A stretch of 64,000 nt of DNA, taken from Trichoplax adhaerens (Eukaryota > Animalia > Placozoa). Location: assembly GCF_000150275.1 (NCBI RefSeq), contig NW_002060957.1, positions 186,001 to 250,000 on the forward strand. The letters are read 5' to 3'. The position numbers and the translations under genes were made by a program. The number at the start of each line of letters is the position of its first letter. Positions within the stretch are counted from its first letter, which is position 1. Positions 56,001-64,000 of this stretch are shown here, in pieces. Under the pieces are notes generated by a model that had not been told where the DNA came from, did not search any database, and saw only the letters and a list, made by a program, of their open reading frames with translations.

Positions 56001-59000
56001 TTTAATTCTGTTATTCCATGGTTTATCAATCAATTTATGAATGAAGGTGCTTACTGTAATTCGGTCGATAATTTTAGCCATGTGTTTTATGATTTCTGTA
56101 TGTTCAGATGGCTAATTGTAGAAAATGGTGTTCAATATTGAATCAATAAATTAAACCCAATTACGTAGTATGTTTTAGTCTTACGTTTTGTTGTAATAGC
56201 TTCTTAATAATGACTACACTTTCTCCAACGATTTTTTCTGCAATGGATATCAATTTGTATTCATTCAATTTATCATAGTACCAAGCGAATGTATAGACCA
56301 CGAACATAGTTAAGTTAATACTAACCATCTTTATTTGATAACAGCGACACTAAACCACTTAGGCAGGAATCCGAAACCTCCTTTATGCTCGACGCACAAC
56401 GTCCTATAGCTTGCACAGTAGCAACAGCAAATTCTCTATCGTTACCTGTTACGTAAGTCTAAATCGCATTTTACAAGCAAGTAGTAGTTTGTTAGAGTTT
56501 ACGAGATGTACATTGACACAATATATAATATTGATTTACCTGAAATTCTTTTAAAACTGCAGGTATTGTAGATTCAGTTGCAATATTGGTTAGAATTTCC
56601 AACTGATCAAAGGTAAAATATTTGTTTATACAGTAGGTCAGTGTTGGTTTAATTTTAATGACACATATATGTTAAAAAGTAGGCAAAAGAGTACAGAAGA
56701 ATCTCTTAACCTTTAGTAATTTAACTTGTATAGGGTCTGTAGAGCGCACATAAAAACTTTTAAGGTAAGGTTCAAATAGACCTTTCGAGTTGACTGACAT
56801 TGTAGCCATCATGGTTAAAGATATAATTTGTACTTCTCTGTAAAGGTAGTATGTCAGTTACTAATGAGTGAATTACAATAGAATAAACCAAGGTAAATAA
56901 GCAAATAAATCAATCGGACATACTTATGACTCCTCTGGAGACGTACAAGAGGCTTTATTATTGATACCATTTCTAGACGAGGAGCTAAATAATAGTATAA
57001 TTGGGCTACTGCCATTACGACCTAAATATAAATATGTGTATGATTTATTGAAAAATTTTATAAAATTCATTATAAATTGAATGTATATCCGGATTAGTTT
57101 AAGACTATCTTACAGCAGCATTTCTACTCTGAAGTAGAGGTCTAGTTGTTCTAAGGAGCAGTCTATGATCAGCATCCATAAAATAAGGCTTCTTCTTCGG
57201 TTCATTCGCTTCTCCATTTTCACTTTCATCCTTGGCTTCCTCTTCATCATCGTCGTCAGGATAAAAAGGTTCTTCGCCTTCCGTTTCCTAATGTAAGTGT
57301 AGTAATCACATATTCTTCTAAGAATATTTTGGAATATTGGAGTAATCAAATTATGGCATAAATATTTAGTTTTTGGTGTGCAGTACGTTTTGATTGGGGT
57401 CCAGAAACTGTGATCTGGCGTATTTAGTCAGCATGTTGATGACTGTTACTTGTCCCCATTCGTCAATATCCATTACTAAATTACATAGTTTACGATAGTT
57501 TTTGTGAATGAGATCAATGCGTTCCGGACACACTTCTTCGAAAGCCATAACAGCACTTCCAGCAACTAACTAATATTGGTAACAGGATAAATAAGACGTA
57601 AATTATAACAACGATATCAAAACAATTAATATTTATGCAAAAGACAGGGAAACTTACAGTAGTTTTGTCTTTTAGTAACTTTTCGATAATTTCAACTAGG
57701 GCATCTTTGAGCTCAGGATCTAAGCTACTCAAATAGAAGTCATAAATTATTTGTACTACTGTAAGATCAGTCAGGCTTTCAATGACGCTTGCTTAAGAGA
57801 CTATGTAGCACATTTCAAACCTGTATATTTTCACGATAGCATTGGCAGCAGTTTTTCTTACAAATGGAGATAAATCTGCAGCAGCCTAAAGTAGTAAATG
57901 GTGTATAAATTATGCGTTTGCATAAACTATAGTTATGGTCATATTATAAATGAAAGTCAAAATAGATTACCTCTTTTATTGATAAGAGCATAATAGGAAC
58001 AATTACAGGAACTCTAATACTACACAGAACACGAAGGGCACTAGCACGTATCAACTGGTTGGATTCCTATTTAGTAATGATTTAAGAGGAAAGCATAGTT
58101 AACAGTAGGATATACCACATAGAGTATATACTTTAAGTTCATAATATGCCCAATAGTCGGTCAACAATTATATATCAAACATCCGTCATTAGCAATGGCT
58201 AAAACTAAAACAGGTAAAGTATGGAAGAAGATTCTATTCAACTTTCTAATATTAGCTAGAGTAGTTCTAATTCGAGTTGTAGCGAACAATTGTAATTCCT
58301 GATGATGATAATATTCAGTACATCGTAACTATTGTACTGTAATGGCAAAACAGGTAATGCATCTCAATAAAAATAAAAGTTGACAAATATAATCTACAAT
58401 AGTTTACTTAAATTCCTTATTGTTAGAACATATTACAGTTGCAGGAACATTCTGATTCAGAAGTATTATAGCGCTGTTGGTTGCAAGCAAACATAATTTC
58501 TACAATAACATTGTATATCACATGAAAGATACAATTATGATGGTTGAGTAGAAGTTGCACTCAATGCTTAACAAACACGTAGTTGAAATGGGAATCGGAT
58601 ACCGTAATAAGCTTTATTCTATCTAGTGATGAAATTGCTATCGCTTCATGTGGAAAGGAGTAATTAATAATGGTAATTCTTTTTATTTGGTTTGGAACTT
58701 ACTTTTAATGACTTTTGGAAGGTGCTAACAGATAGCAAAGCAAGATCTTGCTGTTCTTCAGCGTATCGCACTAAATAAACAAATACCAACTTTTTGATCT
58801 GTTGAAAATGGAGAATAATGAATTAAAACCATGAATTGACATTACAGTAGTGTTGATATAGAAGACATTTGCTGCGACATCAGAATTATTAATTCTTCCG
58901 TTAGTTGTAGTGTCAAAAATAACGCAACAACATTACTAGAAAAATGCCCTCAAAATATTGAAAATAATGTATACGCATATATAAAGTACAACATCGTATT

Positions 59001-61425
59001 GACGCAAAATACTACTCGTATTATATACACAATACGATGGTTTCTATCGTACGTAGAAGCAACGAGATTATCTTGTGCCATGTCGCCTACTAAAATGATG
59101 TTGATACGATAAAACAATGCAAATGATGTGGGCTATTACCAGGAAAGCTCAATAATAACTAAGTCTAGTGATCTGTGTTTATCACACAACGATTTTTTAA
59201 CAATTTAAACTGAATGTAAGAAGATTGTTAACAATACGAGTCTACAGGATCACTGAAAATGTCTGTTGCATGATTATGACAGTTGTTGAATGTTGTCAAT
59301 TCAAGCGGCGGAATTATAAAGTGGAGTATCAAAAGTGCATCAATTGAATTTTTTTAGTTTCGGTCTATGCTTAGAATAATTTCTACCTTATCGTATTTAC
59401 TATAGCATGCTTCCACTACATCGTACAGTCGTATTGTGCTTGGACATTTGATAAGACCGTTAGGTAATGCTCAAATATAACACTGTACAGAATTTTTTGT
59501 TATTTTATATTCATCCGTGTATGTAAAATTTAGAAAATAAGGTTAAAAAATACAACTCTTACCTCATTGTTTTTGGACACCACATTCTTGACTACTGCTG
59601 GAAACAAACTAGATACATTTCGACCACGAGACATCATCTAGGAAAAGGAGAATAGGCTAACTCAATCCTATGTTACCAAATAATATCACAAGAAATTATC
59701 TACTGTAGTAGTATTCCTTCGAACTTCTTGATATGCATGACTTGTTGAATTCTACTACATGAGGCTAGTTATAGTCGATGTGAGAGTAGGATGAAAGTGT
59801 AGCTCGAAATGGCGTTCAAATAAATTAATGAATTGATTTCTATTCAACTCATTGAAATGGGCCATTGCAACAGCATCGATCATGTTTAAACTGGTTACTG
59901 TCATGTTTATAGCCTTAAAGATACAAAGCGAATTACTTGTAAGTTGTTGAATTCTACTACTTGACACTGGATAGGATAGGGATTGGACAGCATGAGTCAA
60001 GGTAAAACTGCAGTTTTAACAAATCCGTTGATTGATTTCAGTTTTAACTCGTCGCATAGGCCTATAGTGCATCAATCAAGTTGAAAAGGGTGATTTTAGA
60101 GCGTTGAAGATACAAGGGGAATTCGATGGAAGTTGTTGAATTCTACTACTTGACACTGGATAGATTGGACAGCATGAGTCAAGGTAAAACTGCAGTTCCA
60201 ACAAATCAGTTGATTGATTTCAGTTCAGTTCATTCAATAGGGTTGCAATGCATTAATCAAGTTGAAAGGGGTTATTTTGTGCGTTGACGATATGAATAGA
60301 ATTACTTCTAAGTTGTTGAATTCTACTACTTGAAACTGGTTCGATTGGACAGCATGAGTAAACGTAAAACGGCAGTTCTAACAAATCCGATGATTGATTT
60401 CAGTTCAGTTCGTCCAATAGGGTTGGAATGCATTAATCAAGTTGAAAGGGGTTATTTTTGTGCATTAAAGTTACAAGGGGAATTACACGTAAGTTGTTGA
60501 ATTCTACTACTTGACACTGGATAGGATAGGGATTGGACAGCATGAGTCAAGGTAAAACTGCAGTTCCAACAAATCCGTTGATTGATTTCAGTTTTAGCTC
60601 GTCGCATAGGCCTACAGTGCATCAATCAAGTTGAAAGGGGGGTGATTATTGAGTGTTGAAGATACAAGGGGAATTTGATGGAAGTTGTTGAATTCTACTA
60701 CTTGACCCTGGATAGATTGGATAGCAGAATGAAAGTAAAGGTAAAACTGCAGCTCCAACAAATCAGTTGATTGCTTTGAGGTGAACTTGTTGAATGAGGG
60801 GCAATAGCATCCATTGGATTTCAACTGGTCATTTTGGTGTGCGTTGATTTCAATTGAAAGCGATCAAATAGGTCAGGGTGTCCTTGCTGCATTACCGTCA
60901 CAATTCTCTTCATAGCATCTAATTTCAAGTTGTCCTTATTGCTATCAAGCATTTGTTTTAAATCTTCATGTCTATACAGAAAAAAAAGAAAAAAGGAAAT
61001 TGACATCGACTGTTTCAATGGATATTGACAGCGACAAGACTGGGTGAAAACTTCCTCAAGAAGTTCATTTGAAATAATTTTGACAAAGAAGTATCATTTA
61101 ATAGCATTAAAGAGCGCGCTAGCATTGAGTAGAATGAGTTTCATTTTATAAAATCTTCTCCCAAAGCAATTTCAACATAGCATGAAGGAAATGACTATAA
61201 AGCCATTGGAATCCATCCATCACACTGGCGAAGGGGGGGGGGGGATACAATGAACCTGGATCGCTCGTTTAGCGCTGTAGGACTATGCCTTGTACTGTAA
61301 ACGTTGGCATCTTACCTTTTAAAATCGGTACTAAAAATACCACCAGAAGCTGGATCACTCATATCAGCTTCATTGGATAGTTTATCATGGTGATAGTTGG
61401 AAGAGCTAAGAGCTTCGGAAGCCAT
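53056..61425 (-). CDS. AP3B: AP-3 complex subunit beta
   Basis: [59 protein letters not shown], an acidic S/E/D hinge and ear-domain exons. More than 20 GT-AG exons. Confidence 0.97.
59740..60830 (+). repeat. Intronic tandem repeat, about 6 copies of 180-200 bp, in AP3B intron 2
   Basis: TTGTTGAATTCTACTAC anchors near 59742, 59943, 60132, 60312, 60493 and 60684. Confidence 0.95.
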
Positions 61426-61547
61426 TTTTCCCTTTGAATTACAGCTTGAAAATGGAAAATTTTCAAAGAAGAAGAGCGGCCAAAGGATGACACAAAGCGA
61501 GTCGGCCGCCACAAAACACGTCACTACTACCGATGGCACGACCGTAA

Positions 61548-61607
61548 TAAAGTCGCTTGCAATCACTTGAGTGACGCGACTTTACGGTCACTCAAGTGAT
61601 TGCGAGC
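61548..61607. other. Inverted repeat with 21-bp arms (1 mismatch) and an 11-nt loop, upstream of AP3B
   Basis: GCTTGCAATCACTTGAGTGAC-gcgactttacg-GTCACTCAAGTGATTGCGAGC. Confidence 0.9.
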
Positions 61608-61639
61608 TTCAAGCCATGGTCAACCGCATCGACAGTATG

Positions 61640-61960
61640 TAACGTACAGTTGGACCAGTACGGTACCGTACTGGTCATGAAGCGAAGCGACGGGCGTTTC
61701 ACAACCGCTCCAGTCGTGTCCTGCCTACAGTACCATGGACTGTAAGAGAGGACTGTACTACTGTACTGTACAGTACAGTGCTGTCATACTGTACTGTACA
61801 GTATCACATTAGTCTACAGTACAATGTACAAATCCAAGTTTGGGAACTCAACCGACCCACAGTACAGTACAGTAGTACTGTACAGTACAGACCAGACCAC
61901 CACCATTGCAGTATACAGTACTGTACAGTACTGTAGTGTACTGTACAATGTACTGTAGAT
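61640..61960. repeat. TACAG/TACTG tract upstream of AP3B, including a perfect 24-bp palindrome
   Basis: GACCAGTACGGTACCGTACTGGTC at 61653-61676. Dense tacagtac/actgtac runs at 61750-61960. Confidence 0.88.
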
Positions 61961-63514
61961 CAGGAAGCCAAACTTACAGTACAGGAAACTAAACTGGAAT
62001 AACGCAGCACTCCAACAATCACAGCCATTTTGGAATGGTTGTAGCTATTGCAGCCTTTTTGTACCCAATTGGACGTTATTTCTACTTTAATATACCATTC
62101 ACCAATGGATACATTAACTACTACACAGCAGTACTGGTTATCATCGCTAGTAATAAGGTGAAAACTGTAGCTTATGTTCAAAATAGGTATTTCTGAGTCC
62201 ATCATTTCTCATCCTTGTCTACAGTTGGGACACCTCACCATTAGCACTCGAGTTGGTCCCGTGACGACCATGCTACCGGGCCAGTGGTCAAAACTAACAA
62301 CAGTAAACTGACTAAATGGAAACCTTGCTAACAATGTAGGCACACCGGACAGTCGTCAGGACGGTCTACCGACTCTGTCTGTCTGTCTGTATAATCACCC
62401 TCCAACATGTCCACAAGATCAATCCATGGCTGAGCTTTTTTCTCTCTTGTTGATATCTGCTAGTTCTTTCTGTCCTAGTTATCAGCATTCTATCTCGGTC
62501 TAGGATAAGGATAATTGACCGATGTACAATGTTGTAGTATAGGATGGAAACAATATCAATCTAGATTGGATATGACGAGGATAAATGGAATACTTTACAG
62601 CATTCAATCCGTAAAATCAATTCATCGAATGCAGTAAAGGATCTGTTTTGATATTGCAAGGGTGGATTAAATATTTTACAACATTCAATCCTACCGCGTA
62701 AAATTAATTCAATGCAGTAAATTATCCGGTTTCATGCTATCTCTAATATGTTATCCTGTACGCAGTATAGAGCTTCTCGTTCATCATTCTATGGTGAAGC
62801 GATTCGTCGTGTTCTCTTTTTCTACAAGACACATCCATAGCTTCTCGTTCTTGCTCGGCTACCGCCATAAAACCAACATGCTATACAGTATAATGCTGTA
62901 CTCTACTCTACGCCGTACTTTTACTATCAGTCCATGGACAATTGCACATGCTTGTGTCATCATGTCGACGACAGTAGAAGAAATCGCGCAATGCTTTAAA
63001 TCATCCTACCCAATTTTTAGCCTCAATCACATTACTGTACAACAGGAAATTACATTGACGCATTTTCAACATAAGATTGCTTTCCATGTACAAGAGTTGG
63101 ATTGCATCTTGAAATGGAATATACTTGGCATGCGATATTGAAATGATTGAAAATTACGGGACAAGAATATCCATATTACTAGACTAAGCAAGGTTATAAC
63201 TTTTGATAGTGCAAATTTTCACAGCAACATGCTACGTCCTTGCACCAGCTCGACGCATAATAGACCAGAGTTTCTACACGGCACATACCGCCATCGTCAA
63301 GTCCTCATTTGACGATATTTTAAAAGTTGAGCCATAAACGCTCATCCATTCAATTCGTCTATTCTATTAAAACGCACCCGTAAATGCCAGCATCAATTGA
63401 GTAATGCCTATTTCGTTATGATAGCAATAATGCAGTCTAACGTTCGGTATTTTTGTTTTTCTTCAATGAATCTTGTTATTCAATAAATCAATCTATACCT
63501 TACTCTGGCTGTAG

Positions 63515-63892
63515 TATAACACAATCAAAATCGCCTCCCCTCCCTCCTCCTAAAACAAAAATTGACGAATTCGGTATTGCAAATTTACATTACGATTATA
63601 GAACAAAAGAGATTTTAGGATCAAAATATCCTCATGATATGAAAAGTATCGCATTGATAGCACAAGAAGCAAATCTTGAACCCACCAAATCACACAGTAA
63701 GCGCTCGTGTTGGGGTAGGTAATGGGGAGATATTAATTCGCAATTCCAATCTGATCTTATGTTGACTTTACGTGTGGGAGGATATAAAATTAGCGCTTAA
63801 AAGATAGGAAATACGTATGTCCGATAGCGAGTCCTTTCCGTGTAATGACTCATCCTACACATCCTATTCGATGCTTTTCGCATATCGCATGG
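63515..63892 (+). CDS. Candidate exons of an unidentified gene divergent from AP3B
   Basis: AG/GT-bounded, phase-compatible segments 63515-63718 (ITQSKSPPLPPPKTKIDEFGIANLHYDYRTKEILG...) and 63808-63892 (KYVCPIASPFRVMTHP...). No family recognised. Confidence 0.35.
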
Positions 63893-64000
63893 GTGAGATT
63901 GGGATAACACTTGCAGATGTTCTCCCACATTGAACTGACAACAACTAACTTCATACAGCCCATGATCAAGGCCATGGAGAAATATCATCAATTTTTATTT

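Noticed and set aside
59943-60700. AATTCTACTA resembling a Cas12a direct repeat
   Set aside because: The complementary GTAGAT arm is missing, and the whole 180-bp unit repeats with no unique spacers.
61233-61244. G12 run in AP3B intron 1
   Set aside because: It is an isolated homopolymer with no further evidence of function.

Overview
Eukaryotic, AT-rich, compact and intron-rich animal genomic DNA. The style suggests a placozoan such as Trichoplax, which is inference only. Eleven genes can be reconstructed from splice sites and family motifs: GALT (partial), RPRD2-like CID protein, SAXO/FAM154, MRP-S27/PTCD2-family PPR protein, DH-PH RhoGEF, LPCAT, glutaredoxin-like C5orf63, a PWWP protein, ARIH1, intronless aldolase and intronless TMEM199/VMA12. 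AP3B makes twelve, and there are two uncertain exon clusters. The most striking non-genic signal is a set of dense TACAG/TACTG/TACCG/TACAGTG tracts upstream of the housekeeping genes, absent upstream of SAXO, the RhoGEF and LPCAT. These tracts parse as stacked TA+CAG/CTG/CGG+TA units, the form of Tc1/mariner excision footprints. Comparing copies of local tandem repeats shows such 5-bp units inserted at TA sites. I propose they are piles of transposon footprints recording open promoter chromatin, possibly co-opted as a promoter mark. Other observations are an RFX X-box upstream of SAXO, a paired TGACGTG palindrome at aldolase, an A-B-A'-B' inverted repeat upstream of AP3B, a GC-AG intron and several tandem duplications.
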